Source of the DNA: an uncultured Opitutales bacterium
Lineage (GTDB): Bacteria > Verrucomicrobiota > Verrucomicrobiia > Opitutales > CAJWYM01
Assembly (NCBI GenBank): GCA_963924785.1
Contig: CAWUTK010000245.1
Span: 1-39,805, forward strand
Length of the DNA: 39,805 nt
Direction of reading: 5' to 3'
Part shown: positions 1 to 9,884 of the stretch, in pieces
Layout of the letters: each line of letters opens with the position of its first letter
How positions within the stretch are numbered: the stretch's first letter is position 1
Notes under the pieces: model-generated
What the model was told of the DNA's origin: nothing
The model's database searches: none
The model's input: only the letters and a program-made list of their open reading frames with translations
Made by a program: the position numbers and the translations under genes

Positions 1-809
1 GCTTTATGATGTCGGGGGGGGCTTTAATGTCGTTGGTTCACCCTGGAGAAATCGCAATTATCGTAGGGATCGGCTTAGGTCTCTTGGTCATTTCTAGCCC
101 TAAATCTGTTTTATTAGGTATTGTAGCAGACATAGCAACAGCCTTCAAAGGGGCTGGCGGCCGAAAGCAAAGATTTATGGAGCTACTCCAACTACTTTAT
201 GAAGTATTTCTTGTCGGTAGGAGAAAAGGTCTCATCGCAATGGATGAACATGTCAATGATCCAGAAAACAGTGCTATCTTTTCAAAATACACCACATTTC
301 TTGCAGATAAACGTCAAGTTGATTTCCTCTGTAATGCATTAAGACCTTTAATCGACGGTAAAATAAAACCAGATCAATTAGAAAGTGTTCTATCGACAGA
401 ACTAAATGCAAAGAAAAATGAAGCCCACCGTAATATTAGCGCCTTATTATTGATGGCAGATTCATTTCCTGGAATTGGTATTGTTGCCGCGGTATTAGGA
501 ATTATTAACACGATGTCATCACTGGAAGACCCTGAATCAGTTGGTAAAAAAGTTGCGGCAGCACTTAGTGGAACATTCCTCGGTATTTTTATTGCATATG
601 GATTTTTAAATCCTCTTGCAACTTTAGTTTCATTAAATCAAGAAGCGGAATTTTTGTATTACCATATCATTGAAAAATCAGTTGCAAGTTTTGCAAAAGG
701 ACTCGCTCCGATAATGGCAGTAGAAATAGGTAGAAGAGCATTGGATGAAACCATTCAACCAACTGCTGATGAGCTAGAAGAACTCTTGAAGAACACAAAA
801 CCCGCTTAA
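1..809 (+). CDS. motA: Flagellar-type stator protein MotA (5' end probably outside the window)
   Basis: Motifs FPGIGIVAAVLGII, ALSGTFLGIFIAYGF, AVEIGRR; directly upstream of a MotB gene. The frame is open to the window edge (..F-MMSGG), so the first TM helix probably lies upstream. Confidence 0.9.
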   Translation, partial: FMMSGGALMSLVHPGEIAIIVGIGLGLLVISSPKSVLLGIVADIATAFKGAGGRKQRFMELLQLLYEVFLVGRRKGLIAMDEHVNDPENSAIFSKYTTFLADKRQVDFLCNALRPLIDGKIKPDQLESVLSTELNAKKNEAHRNISALLLMADSFPGIGIVAAVLGIINTMSSLEDPESVGKKVAAALSGTFLGIFIAYGFLNPLATLVSLNQEAEFLYYHIIEKSVASFAKGLAPIMAVEIGRRALDETIQPTADELEELLKNTKPA

Positions 810-839
810 TCGCCACCTTTTCACTGAGCAAATATAGCC

Positions 840-1613
840 ATGCCTGAAAAAGCTAGTCAACTTGACGATAACCAGTGGATAACCAACTATGGTGGTGGTG
901 CATGGAAAGTAGCTTATGCTGACTTCGTAACCAGTATGATGGCACTATTCCTCGTTCTGTGGATTTTGTCTCAAGACGAAGAAGTCATTATTGCAACAAC
1001 CATGTTTTTCCAAGACCCCTACAAGGCAGGTATTCCGAAATCATCCGCAATACCAAATCCAGATGGGCGTAAGGGAAGTATGGTTGACCAAATCATGGGA
1101 AGAAGTGATACCACGATGAAAAACACCAATGAAACGAGCTCCATTGACATAAGTATCCTCTATCAAATGGCTCAAGAATTTTATCGTTTACTCCAAATCG
1201 ACGAAACAGACATAAATGAATCTGTTGAAATTGATGTTACATCTGATGGATTACGACTCACATTGTTTGACAAAAACGATATGCCTATTTTCGAGAACGA
1301 CAGTTCAACTTTTACAGAATGGGGTGAAGTGGTCATGCAAAATATGGCGTGGCTGTTAGAGCGTCATAACATGAAAGTAAGAATTGATGCATTTACCGCT
1401 TCAAAAAAACCTGATGACAAAACAACAGACATCTGGAAAATTACCGCTGATCAAGGTAATGCAGCGAGAAGCATGCTAACTTACTACGCGTTAGATCCAA
1501 ATAAAATCGAACGTGTTACAAGTTTTGGAGACACCCTTCCGAAAGACAAACAAGACTTACAATCAGATCGTAACAAACGCTTAGAAATGAGCTTGGTACT
1601 CGAAAAAGATTAA
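840..1613 (+). CDS. motB: Stator protein MotB (OmpA-like C-terminal domain)
   Basis: GGAWKVAYADFVTSMMALFLVLW TM motif with the conserved Asp; C-terminal divergent OmpA-like region (RIDAFT...SFGDTLP...NKRLEM). Confidence 0.9.
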   Translation: MPEKASQLDDNQWITNYGGGAWKVAYADFVTSMMALFLVLWILSQDEEVIIATTMFFQDPYKAGIPKSSAIPNPDGRKGSMVDQIMGRSDTTMKNTNETSSIDISILYQMAQEFYRLLQIDETDINESVEIDVTSDGLRLTLFDKNDMPIFENDSSTFTEWGEVVMQNMAWLLERHNMKVRIDAFTASKKPDDKTTDIWKITADQGNAARSMLTYYALDPNKIERVTSFGDTLPKDKQDLQSDRNKRLEMSLVLEKD

Positions 1614-1624
1614 CTTAGCACATT

Positions 1625-1966
1625 ATGGAAAATTTTTTAGCAGGCAGAGCAGTCGCAGGGGATACATCAGTTTCCCCACAGGTGACCACTGAAGGGTTTC
1701 AATCTCTAGACGAAGTTCATAATAAAACTCCTGAACCGATTAAAAACGCAGAAGCTCCAAACCAAGAAGAAGGTGTAATCCCTGAATCTCAAGAAATTGA
1801 AAACGCTGCTCCTGCTTCAGAAGAAATTGCTCAAGAAGAAACGCAAGTCATCTCAAATGAAGCTGACGATCACCAAGTTGAAATAGTTAGTTCAAATGGA
1901 CAAATAACAAAGATCCTCGTTCATTGCCCTAACAATAAAGAAATCGTAATTAATTGCGAATATTAA
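1625..1966 (+). CDS. Hypothetical protein, acidic low-complexity core with Cys-containing C-terminus
   Basis: 113-aa ORF 11 bp after the motB stop; E/Q/P-rich middle, ends VHCPNNKEIVINCEY. Confidence 0.7.
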   Translation: MENFLAGRAVAGDTSVSPQVTTEGFQSLDEVHNKTPEPIKNAEAPNQEEGVIPESQEIENAAPASEEIAQEETQVISNEADDHQVEIVSSNGQITKILVHCPNNKEIVINCEY

Positions 1967-2055
1967 AGCTTTCATCAGTATTTCTATACTTAAATTTACC
2001 CAAATATTTAGATTTAATTTAATCGGCTAGAAAGCTATTATGACTCCATTTAACA

Positions 2056-5000
2056 ATGGAGTCATTTAACACTAATTCGAATAGTCGAATTGAATCCTTC
2101 CCATTAAAAAGGAGCGAAGGATTCGCACTTGTACTGGCCATTTATGCTACAAGCTTTCTGCTGCTTATAGTTCTCAGCCTAAGCACCATTGTTAAAATTG
2201 AAATAAATGCAGCTCACACGGGTCAATTCATAGAGAAAGCTCAAATGAACACACTCACTGGCTTAAATATTGCAATAGGAAGCCTACAGCAGCTCGCAGG
2301 ACCGGATAAACGAGCTACCTTTAAATCTGACTCTATAGTAGAGGGGGAACCCTACCTTGAGCAAGAATGGACAGGGATTTGGAACACACACACACGAGAA
2401 ACCAATTGGCTTGTATCTGGAAATGGGAAACCAGCTAAACCACTCGTTTCACCTCAAAAGCTTAAATCTAATGTTACTGTAAATAAAGTCCCAATCATCA
2501 AAAATGACATTACACATGGAGGTTATGCCTATTGGGTTTCGGATGAAGCAATAAAAACAACCGTTTCACTTGTGAATGAGATACAATTCGCAATAGATGA
2601 GGATTTACACCTATTCGATTCTCATACTAATACTGATCTCCATCAGTTACAAGCACTCACACCCTCTCCGCCTAACCTTAGTCATTACTTCCCCTCTCTC
2701 GAAAACGATGCATCCAAGAGTCATTTAATAAGAAAAATTCAATCGTTAGAGCAACTCCAATTCATAATACCAGATAATGATCCAGAAATATTCAATCAAC
2801 TATCTGACTCATTAACACATTGCGCTTACTCCTTATTAACAAATCAAAGTGAAGGTGGATTTAAGCAAGATTTAAGCAATGGAGAAATCGAAAATCAACT
2901 CATCCTTAGCGATAACCCTCAAGTTAATTTTCTAAATCTTTATCGATCTGATTTCAGTAAAATTCGATCTGATTTAAATCATAAAGATTTCACTGATGAA
3001 GACTTCCTTGCACTAACGAAAGTTTCCAAAAGTCATAACATCATCCCTCCCCCTCAAGCCTTTTTTAAATTAGCTGATATTAATCATCTGAAACTTAACA
3101 ACAGCCCGCTTTTTTCAGCAGCTCCCGTTTTAACAGATTTCTATATTTTATTCACAGCAGAACATAGAAACGATGAACTCTTAATTCGATATGGCTTATT
3201 TACCCAACTCTGGAATCCTTACACCACGACCATGATCTATCCAGCTGAAGAATATATCGATAATAATAACAATTCAATATTCGATGAGGGCGATTTATTC
3301 GAGTTGAAAAATGATAAAAACAACAATTCCTTCCACAACAGTGGCTTAGAACTAGCAATATTGGGACTCCCAAAAATAAACATAATATACTCTGACTTAG
3401 GGAATATGTCAGAAAAAACGGTTGATCTTCAAAAACTGTTCCAAACAAAATCTGCCAAAGAAAATCCACTCGCACTCAAGCTAAACTGGGAGAAAAACAA
3501 AAGCAAAGAAAAAATTTGGCTCCCTGGCCGATTCTATTCTTGGGTTGCACCAGATAATCATCAGAGAAAATATCGCCACAGCCGGAAACATATAGCGGAA
3601 TTCAACCTAAAAAGCCTAACAAAATATCAATGGGAAGAAAAAACAGGAATTAACGCTCCAATTAAACCCAAACATTTATGGGGTATTTCTTGCAACCATC
3701 CAACAGTACTAAAGATAAAGCTGAGACTATCGGATTCAATTGATCCTGTTACGTTCAAGGTAGTCGACAGAGGGAAAACCCTAGTTGAATTTAGGAATTA
3801 CACTTACAGCGCTTTTGACCTTTCGCCTAGAAAAAAAATAAATGAATCAATTAAATTTGGTTTTAGGTTTAAACTACAAGAATCAGGGGATGTGGCGATT
3901 AATGATCCTTCCAAAAAATCAACTTGGATCAAACAAAGCGACCCAAGAAACCCGTTGCCAAAATGCGGCAACACTCAAGCATATTTCAACCCATATGGAC
4001 CGTCCCCTAGCGCATACACTCAAACAAGCCCAGGAACAGACACTAGTTATTTGTTCCACCCAAATACAGCATCCGCAAAAAGTATTTCTGAGGACATACC
4101 CCTATTTGAAATACCTCAGTTTGAATCGTTTTCATTAGCCCCTCTTCAGCATCTCCAAGTTTTCAACGCTGCCCCTTTTTCCATTGGGAATAGTCATCAA
4201 CAATACAATGCAACATCAAACCCTTACGACGACCTATCACTTAGCAAAATGCCGAATGGAAGATCCCTCAACAGTATAATCGATAAATACTACTCTTCAG
4301 GAATCAACAGAGAAAAACCTTTTCAGCAAACTATTGCCTCCACAACTATTTTCACTAATCCACGATTTAAATACATACACCCATATAATAAAACAAAATC
4401 TTTTTTGGAATTCAGTAATCCGAAAACAAACATTGCTGAAAATATTTTAGTTAAAGGCGCATTCAACATAAACTCGACGAACAAAGAAACATGGAAAGCA
4501 ATATTATCGTCAGCAAACCATCCCAGTTGGTCATATATCAACCACTATAAAAGCAATGGCTTAATTCAACCGAATCAACCTTTTAAGATGACATTAAACA
4601 CTAGTAAAAACAGAGACAATGATAACAACCTCATCTACCGCTTCGCACATACCTCTAATGCTACGTATCAACTAGATAGCCATAATATCCCGAATTTATC
4701 GACGAACCCAATAACTCATTATTTTCAACGTGGCAGAAAAGCATTAACCGACCTAGAGGTCGATCAACTATCCTCAAACATAGTTTCTTTAATAAGAGAA
4801 CGATTTAACCATCCTACTTATAATCGTCCCTTTTCCACACTGAAAGAATTCCTTGAGCCACTCGAACTTAAGGGTTCAACAAATAAAAGCTTACTAGATC
4901 TTGCTATTGAACAAACTCCTTCAATTAACGAATACAGCGATGATTTCGACACATACCCTATTTGGGAAAACACATCCGACTTTACCACTCAAGCTGATTT

Positions 5001-5460
5001 ATTAAATAACCTCTCACCGATTATCACAACACGTGCAGATACATTTAAAATCAGAGCTTACGGCGAAGCACTCAACCCGATTTCTGGGGAAATCGAAGCA
5101 AGTTCATATTGTGAAGCAATCGTTCAACGACTACCCCAAAAGGTTTCGAATAATATTCCCATAGAATTAGGAGACCCGGAAAAAAATACCATTAGCGGAC
5201 AATTCAATGAACCCTACGTAGACCTAAACAACAATAACTCGTGGGATCCGGAGGAACGCTATACCGATCAAGACAAGAGTAATACATATACCATAGGAGA
5301 ACCTTTTTCAGACAAAAACAATGACGGGATTCATAACGCTGAAGAACCCTACCAGGATTTAGATCTAAATAATGCATTCACACATGACACTAATCTTAAT
5401 ATTCATGGTCGAAGGTTCAAAATAATTTCATTCAAATGGCTATCACCACAAAATCTATAA
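2056..5460 (+). CDS. Large prepilin/PilX-like surface protein of the verrucomicrobial GFALV type (Verru_Chthon cassette A-like)
   Basis: N-terminal KRSEG/FALVLAI plus hydrophobic helix, LQQLAGPDKRAT, YAYWVSDE, GAFNINST, TRADTFKIRAYG..CEAIVQR, C-terminal GRRFKIISFKWL; family recognised from memory of such motifs. Confidence 0.7.
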   Translation: MESFNTNSNSRIESFPLKRSEGFALVLAIYATSFLLLIVLSLSTIVKIEINAAHTGQFIEKAQMNTLTGLNIAIGSLQQLAGPDKRATFKSDSIVEGEPYLEQEWTGIWNTHTRETNWLVSGNGKPAKPLVSPQKLKSNVTVNKVPIIKNDITHGGYAYWVSDEAIKTTVSLVNEIQFAIDEDLHLFDSHTNTDLHQLQALTPSPPNLSHYFPSLENDASKSHLIRKIQSLEQLQFIIPDNDPEIFNQLSDSLTHCAYSLLTNQSEGGFKQDLSNGEIENQLILSDNPQVNFLNLYRSDFSKIRSDLNHKDFTDEDFLALTKVSKSHNIIPPPQAFFKLADINHLKLNNSPLFSAAPVLTDFYILFTAEHRNDELLIRYGLFTQLWNPYTTTMIYPAEEYIDNNNNSIFDEGDLFELKNDKNNNSFHNSGLELAILGLPKINIIYSDLGNMSEKTVDLQKLFQTKSAKENPLALKLNWEKNKSKEKIWLPGRFYSWVAPDNHQRKYRHSRKHIAEFNLKSLTKYQWEEKTGINAPIKPKHLWGISCNHPTVLKIKLRLSDSIDPVTFKVVDRGKTLVEFRNYTYSAFDLSPRKKINESIKFGFRFKLQESGDVAINDPSKKSTWIKQSDPRNPLPKCGNTQAYFNPYGPSPSAYTQTSPGTDTSYLFHPNTASAKSISEDIPLFEIPQFESFSLAPLQHLQVFNAAPFSIGNSHQQYNATSNPYDDLSLSKMPNGRSLNSIIDKYYSSGINREKPFQQTIASTTIFTNPRFKYIHPYNKTKSFLEFSNPKTNIAENILVKGAFNINSTNKETWKAILSSANHPSWSYINHYKSNGLIQPNQPFKMTLNTSKNRDNDNNLIYRFAHTSNATYQLDSHNIPNLSTNPITHYFQRGRKALTDLEVDQLSSNIVSLIRERFNHPTYNRPFSTLKEFLEPLELKGSTNKSLLDLAIEQTPSINEYSDDFDTYPIWENTSDFTTQADLLNNLSPIITTRADTFKIRAYGEALNPISGEIEASSYCEAIVQRLPQKVSNNIPIELGDPEKNTISGQFNEPYVDLNNNNSWDPEERYTDQDKSNTYTIGEPFSDKNNDGIHNAEEPYQDLDLNNAFTHDTNLNIHGRRFKIISFKWLSPQNL
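5209..5379 (+). repeat. Four 15-aa Asp/Asn-rich peptide repeats (EF-hand-loop-like)
   Basis: EPYVDLNNNNSWDPE / ERYTDQDKSNTYTIG / EPFSDKNNDGIHNAE / EPYQDLDLNNAF in the 1134-aa translation. Confidence 0.8.
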
Positions 5461-6110
5461 ATTATAAATACATCTATCTCGGGATGATTGTATCAACCTG
5501 CATTCTTTCTGCAAAAATCGAACAACTTAGTCTGCCTCTTAATTTTACAGTTTTAAGTCAAAACAGAATGGAGGGTATTTATTACAGAAATGCCAATCAA
5601 TCGATAAGTTTATGTTTCTATGATGACGACATCTCCCCGACCTACCAAAAATTAGACGAACATCCTCTCATTTTTTATCAAAACAATCCAAAACCTAGTG
5701 TTATTGGTAAGATTGTTCTACCAAGAAAACAATCAAACAACTGGATTCTCCTATTTATAAAAAACGAGGAACCAACAAACTCCAATTTGCCTTACAGGAT
5801 TATCCCCATTCAAAGAAGTTCACTAAATTTATTAACATCTCACTTAACGTTTATAAACACTACCACCGTGCCTTTAGCTTGCAAAATAAACAACAATAAA
5901 CCTGCCATCATACAACCAGGCTTAAATAAGCCCATACGGATTCCTACTGGAAAATTAACCTTATCAACAATAGGGGATTTCGAAAATATCCTTCGGCAAG
6001 CTTTTGTTCGCCAGTTCTCATCAAAAGCAAAATCTAAAACACTAGTGATAATCTACCCACCTATTCTCAAAGGCTCACCGCAGTTAATACCAAAGTTCAT
6101 TCAATTATAA
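5436..6110 (+). CDS. Hypothetical exported protein, partner of the upstream pilin-like protein
   Basis: 224-aa ORF overlapping the upstream stop by 25 bp; hydrophobic N-terminus (YIYLGMIVSTCILSA); start could be the ATG at 5484. Confidence 0.7.
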   Translation: MAITTKSINYKYIYLGMIVSTCILSAKIEQLSLPLNFTVLSQNRMEGIYYRNANQSISLCFYDDDISPTYQKLDEHPLIFYQNNPKPSVIGKIVLPRKQSNNWILLFIKNEEPTNSNLPYRIIPIQRSSLNLLTSHLTFINTTTVPLACKINNNKPAIIQPGLNKPIRIPTGKLTLSTIGDFENILRQAFVRQFSSKAKSKTLVIIYPPILKGSPQLIPKFIQL

Positions 6111-6114
6111 GCAT

Positions 6115-6145
6115 AAAAAAAGGCAGGCTATAAAAGCCTGCCTTT
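6115..6145 (-). terminator. Rho-independent terminator after cysK, possibly bidirectional
   Basis: Perfect 11-bp stem AAAGGCAGGCT-ataaa-AGCCTGCCTTT (6119-6145) with an A-run at 6115-6121 (U tail on - strand), between convergent genes. Confidence 0.85.
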
Positions 6146-6168
6146 AGATTTTCTGAAATTTATATTTT

Positions 6169-7131
6169 CTACTCTGCCGTTAAGCCAGTTACAGCTTCAC
6201 GAGCGCTTTCTGCAAGAGGGGTGCTTATATAGCGCTCACCGAAACTACAAGCAATTGTGATAATCTTTTTGCCTGCCATTTCAGGACGCTTAGCAACTTG
6301 TATCGCTGCATAAACATTTGCTCCCGTTGAAATTCCGCCAAGAATACCCTCTTGTATTGCTAATTGATTCGCCGTCTCAAACGCATTTTCGTTAGAAACC
6401 TTTTCCACTGAATCAATAATATCAACATTACAATTCTTAGGAATAAATCCAGCGCCAATACCTTGAATTTTATGTGGCCCAGGATCACCACCTGATAAAA
6501 CTGGACTCGCTTCTGGCTCAACGGCAACTGTATGAAAGCTCGCCTTACGGCTTTTGAGCACTTCTGAAATACCAGTAATTGTTCCACCCGTTCCAACACC
6601 TGCAACTAAGACATCTGCACCGCCTTCTGTGTCATTCCAAATTTCTTCTGCAGTCGTTTTCCTGTGAATTTCAGGGTTCGCTGGATTCTCAAACTGCTGT
6701 GGCATAAACCCACCCTCTTTAATCGATTCCAGAACTTCTTTTGCTTTTGCAATAGCACCATTCATTCCCTTGGCACCTGGACTCAATACTAATTCAGCAC
6801 CTAACATTTTCAAAAGAACACGGCGCTCTTGAGACATAGTTTCGGGCATTGTTAAAATACACCTATATCCTCTAGCAGCACAAACAAACGCGAGTGCGAT
6901 ACCAGTATTCCCTGAAGTTGGCTCAACGATAACACTCTTACCTGGAGTAATAAGCCCTCTCTCTTCAGCGTCCATAATCATCGCTTTACCGATCCTATCC
7001 TTAACGCTAGCTAAAGGATTAAAAAATTCACATTTCACATAAATTTCCGCTTCTAATCCTTCAGATAATTTATTCAGCTTAACTAGGGGTGTGTTACCGA
7101 TTGTTTCGATAATATTTGATGCAATTTTCAT
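6169..7131 (-). CDS. cysK: Cysteine synthase A
   Basis: IGNTPLV, SVKDR (PLP Lys), [30 protein letters not shown]. Confidence 0.96.
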   Translation of the reverse strand: MKIASNIIETIGNTPLVKLNKLSEGLEAEIYVKCEFFNPLASVKDRIGKAMIMDAEERGLITPGKSVIVEPTSGNTGIALAFVCAARGYRCILTMPETMSQERRVLLKMLGAELVLSPGAKGMNGAIAKAKEVLESIKEGGFMPQQFENPANPEIHRKTTAEEIWNDTEGGADVLVAGVGTGGTITGISEVLKSRKASFHTVAVEPEASPVLSGGDPGPHKIQGIGAGFIPKNCNVDIIDSVEKVSNENAFETANQLAIQEGILGGISTGANVYAAIQVAKRPEMAGKKIITIACSFGERYISTPLAESAREAVTGLTAE

Positions 7132-7172
7132 ACTATTCTATTTAATTGAGTTTAATGTAAAAATCATTGGCC

Positions 7173-7448
7173 CTATCTACGCCTTGGACCATAACTACGA
7201 ATTGGTGCTTTTTTCTGAGCATCAACGTTTTTAAGACGGTATACTATACGAGCCTTATCCAAATCATATGTATTCATCTCCATGCGAACCATATCACCCG
7301 TAGTGATCTTAATGAAATTTTTCCTTAATCGACCAGAAATATGAGCTAACACTTGATGCCCGTTTTTCAATTCTACGCGGAACATTGTTCCAGGTAAAAC
7401 GGCAACCACTTTGCCATCAATTTCTACTATATCTGTCTCTCCTGCCAT
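7173..7448 (-). CDS. infA: Translation initiation factor IF-1 with C-terminal extension
   Basis: [30 protein letters not shown]...YDL.KARIVYR. Confidence 0.93.
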   Translation of the reverse strand: MAGETDIVEIDGKVVAVLPGTMFRVELKNGHQVLAHISGRLRKNFIKITTGDMVRMEMNTYDLDKARIVYRLKNVDAQKKAPIRSYGPRRR

Positions 7449-7536
7449 ATTCTATTATTTGTTTACTATGAAGCAATTGCATTAACTTCAGATCATCCTT
7501 TGAGTCAAGGATAATTTACCAAAGCAACATCCCCAT

Positions 7537-8760
7537 TTACTTTTTTGATTGCTTCAAATTCCGCGTTCTCAAACGCAAACCGCTTAATTTAATAAAGCCG
7601 GAAGCATCATCTTGGTTATAATCACTTTCGACGCCTTCCATCGATGCCACATCTTCATCATACAACGACATTGAATCGGATTTACGACCAACCGTCATTA
7701 TACTTCCCTTATACAATTTCAAGCGAACCGTTCCAGTAACAGTTTCCTGACTTTTATCTATAAGTGCCTGCAACGCTTCTCTTTCTGGTGCAAACCAAAA
7801 TCCATTATAAATCAGTTCAGCATATTTCGGGATTAAACTATCTCGTAAATGCATCAATTCACGATCCATTGTCAATGACTCCATCTGACGGTGTCCATGA
7901 ATCAAAAGTGTTCCACCAGGCGTCTCATACACTCCACGACTCTTCATACCCACATAACGGTTCTCAACAATGTCTACACGACCAATTCCATGCTTCCCTG
8001 CCTTTGAATTTAATCGTTTGATAATCTGAGCAGGCGTCATTTTATCACCATTAATAGCGACGCAATCACCCTGTTCAAAATCAAGCTCTACATACTCTGG
8101 AGTATGTGGAGCATCAACAGGATCAATTGTCATTTTATACATATTTTTGTTATCATGGATCGTTGGATCAAACCAAGGATCTTCTAACATTCCACCTTCA
8201 TAAGAAATATGTAACAAATTAGAGTCCATTGAGTACGGTTTCTCTGCACTCGCTTCAACATCAATATTCTGCTCCTTACAATAGGCTATCATCTCCTTAC
8301 GACCAGGAAACGTATCTCTAAATTCCTGCATACGCCAAGGGGCAATTATTTCAAGCGCTGGATCCAAAGCAGCATAAGCTAACTCAAACCGCACTTGATC
8401 ATTCCCTTTACCAGTTGATCCATGAGCAACAGCCTCTGCTTTCTCCTTATGAGCAATATCCACATGAGCCTTACCAATTAATGGCCTGGCAATAGAAGTC
8501 CCGAGGAAATACTGCCCTTCATAGATCGCATTAGCACGAACCATTGGATATATATAATCAGACGCAAATTCATCAACAAGATCTACAGTATAATGCTTTG
8601 ACGCGCCCGTAGCCTTTGCTTTTGCCTCAAGCCCGCCAAGCTCTTCTTCTTGCCCAACGTCAGCCGCAAAAGTGATAATTTCTGCTGAATATTTATCTTT
8701 CAACCATTTGACGAGAACTGAAGTATCCAGACCACCGGAGTATGCGAGAACTATTTTCAT
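7537..8760 (-). CDS. argG: Argininosuccinate synthase
   Basis: [47 protein letters not shown]. Confidence 0.97.
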   Translation of the reverse strand: MKIVLAYSGGLDTSVLVKWLKDKYSAEIITFAADVGQEEELGGLEAKAKATGASKHYTVDLVDEFASDYIYPMVRANAIYEGQYFLGTSIARPLIGKAHVDIAHKEKAEAVAHGSTGKGNDQVRFELAYAALDPALEIIAPWRMQEFRDTFPGRKEMIAYCKEQNIDVEASAEKPYSMDSNLLHISYEGGMLEDPWFDPTIHDNKNMYKMTIDPVDAPHTPEYVELDFEQGDCVAINGDKMTPAQIIKRLNSKAGKHGIGRVDIVENRYVGMKSRGVYETPGGTLLIHGHRQMESLTMDRELMHLRDSLIPKYAELIYNGFWFAPEREALQALIDKSQETVTGTVRLKLYKGSIMTVGRKSDSMSLYDEDVASMEGVESDYNQDDASGFIKLSGLRLRTRNLKQSKK

Positions 8761-8866
8761 AATTTCTTAAATGTTAGTATTATATAAAAGCGAGCAATTG
8801 TGAAAAATTTGCATTTCGACTCAAATACAAAATAAAAATTGTGAATAACTTTTAATAAGTCTCTTG

Positions 8867-8903
8867 AAAAAATGAGGCTCCTCACAATAAATGAGGAGCC
8901 TCA
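8867..8903 (-). terminator. Rho-independent terminator of the BMC operon
   Basis: Perfect 12-bp stem TGAGGCTCCTCA (8873-8884) / TGAGGAGCCTCA (8892-8903), 7-nt loop, A-run 8867-8872 giving a U tail on the - strand, 28 bp after the dehydrogenase stop. Confidence 0.85.
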
Positions 8904-8931
8904 ATAATAACTGGCAGTTATTTTCGGAATT

Positions 8932-9861
8932 CTACAAATCTCTAACTTTAGCCAATGTATCTTTAAGAGAACGAGCAGAAGCAATCAATCCCTGCTTCTC
9001 TTTAGGCCACAGATCAAACTCAACGTGGTCAAGCACGCCATTACGACCTAATACCGTAGGAACACTCAAACAAATATCTTTGATACCATAAGCACCCGTT
9101 TGCATTGAAGAAACTGGCATTAATTGCTGCTTATCTAATGCAATCGCATGAATTGTTTCAGCAATGGTTGCTCCAACAGCCCATCCAGCGCCTCCTTTAC
9201 GTCGGATTACCTCTGCTCCACTACCCTTGGCTCTTTCAAAAAGCTTCTTCTGCATCGCTGAATCACAACCTTTCAATCCAGACAAAGGAAGACCGCCAAC
9301 AGTCGCAGCAGACCAAATGGGTAACATTGAGTCACCATGTTCACCCAAAATCAATGCTTTGACTTGAGTTGGAGCCAAATTAAAGGTTTCGGCAATCAAG
9401 GATCTAAAACGAGCGGTATCCAGCATTGTCCCAAGGCCAATAACACGCTTCGGACATATATTTAAACGTTCAGCAGCAAGATGTGTTAAAATATCAACGG
9501 GATTAGAAACGACAAAAACAATCGCATCTTGCTTCAAACCTGCACCAGCAATGCTGTCAAGAATACCATTAAACAGTCCGACATTACGGTTTATCAGATC
9601 TAAACGAGTTTCATCAGGTTTTCTTCTTAATCCAGCCGTAATAACAACAATATCACTATCCGCCGCACGGGAATAGTCACCCGCATAAATTCTTTGGTCT
9701 GCAATTGAAGAAGCTCCATGCAAAAGGTCTAATGCTTCACCTTCAGCAAGATCTTGATTATAATCTAAAATTTGTATTTCAGAGACGATTCCAGCACACT
9801 GTAATGCAAATGCTGCATTTGAACCGACTCTTCCACCACCACCTATAATTGTTACTTTCAT
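8932..9861 (-). CDS. LDH/MDH-family NAD-dependent dehydrogenase (BMC-associated)
   Basis: IIGGGGRVG Rossmann motif, TAGLRRKPDETRLDL loop, VSNPVD, LDTAR, GEHGDS. Confidence 0.9.
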   Translation of the reverse strand: MKVTIIGGGGRVGSNAAFALQCAGIVSEIQILDYNQDLAEGEALDLLHGASSIADQRIYAGDYSRAADSDIVVITAGLRRKPDETRLDLINRNVGLFNGILDSIAGAGLKQDAIVFVVSNPVDILTHLAAERLNICPKRVIGLGTMLDTARFRSLIAETFNLAPTQVKALILGEHGDSMLPIWSAATVGGLPLSGLKGCDSAMQKKLFERAKGSGAEVIRRKGGAGWAVGATIAETIHAIALDKQQLMPVSSMQTGAYGIKDICLSVPTVLGRNGVLDHVEFDLWPKEKQGLIASARSLKDTLAKVRDL

Positions 9862-9884
9862 AAAATTTTCCTTTTATATTTCTA

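Noticed and set aside
1-1613. motAB as Zorya ZorA/ZorB anti-phage system
   Set aside because: MotA is normal length with no long cytoplasmic tail, MotB has the flagellar-type WKVAYADF motif, and no ZorC/D/E-like genes follow.
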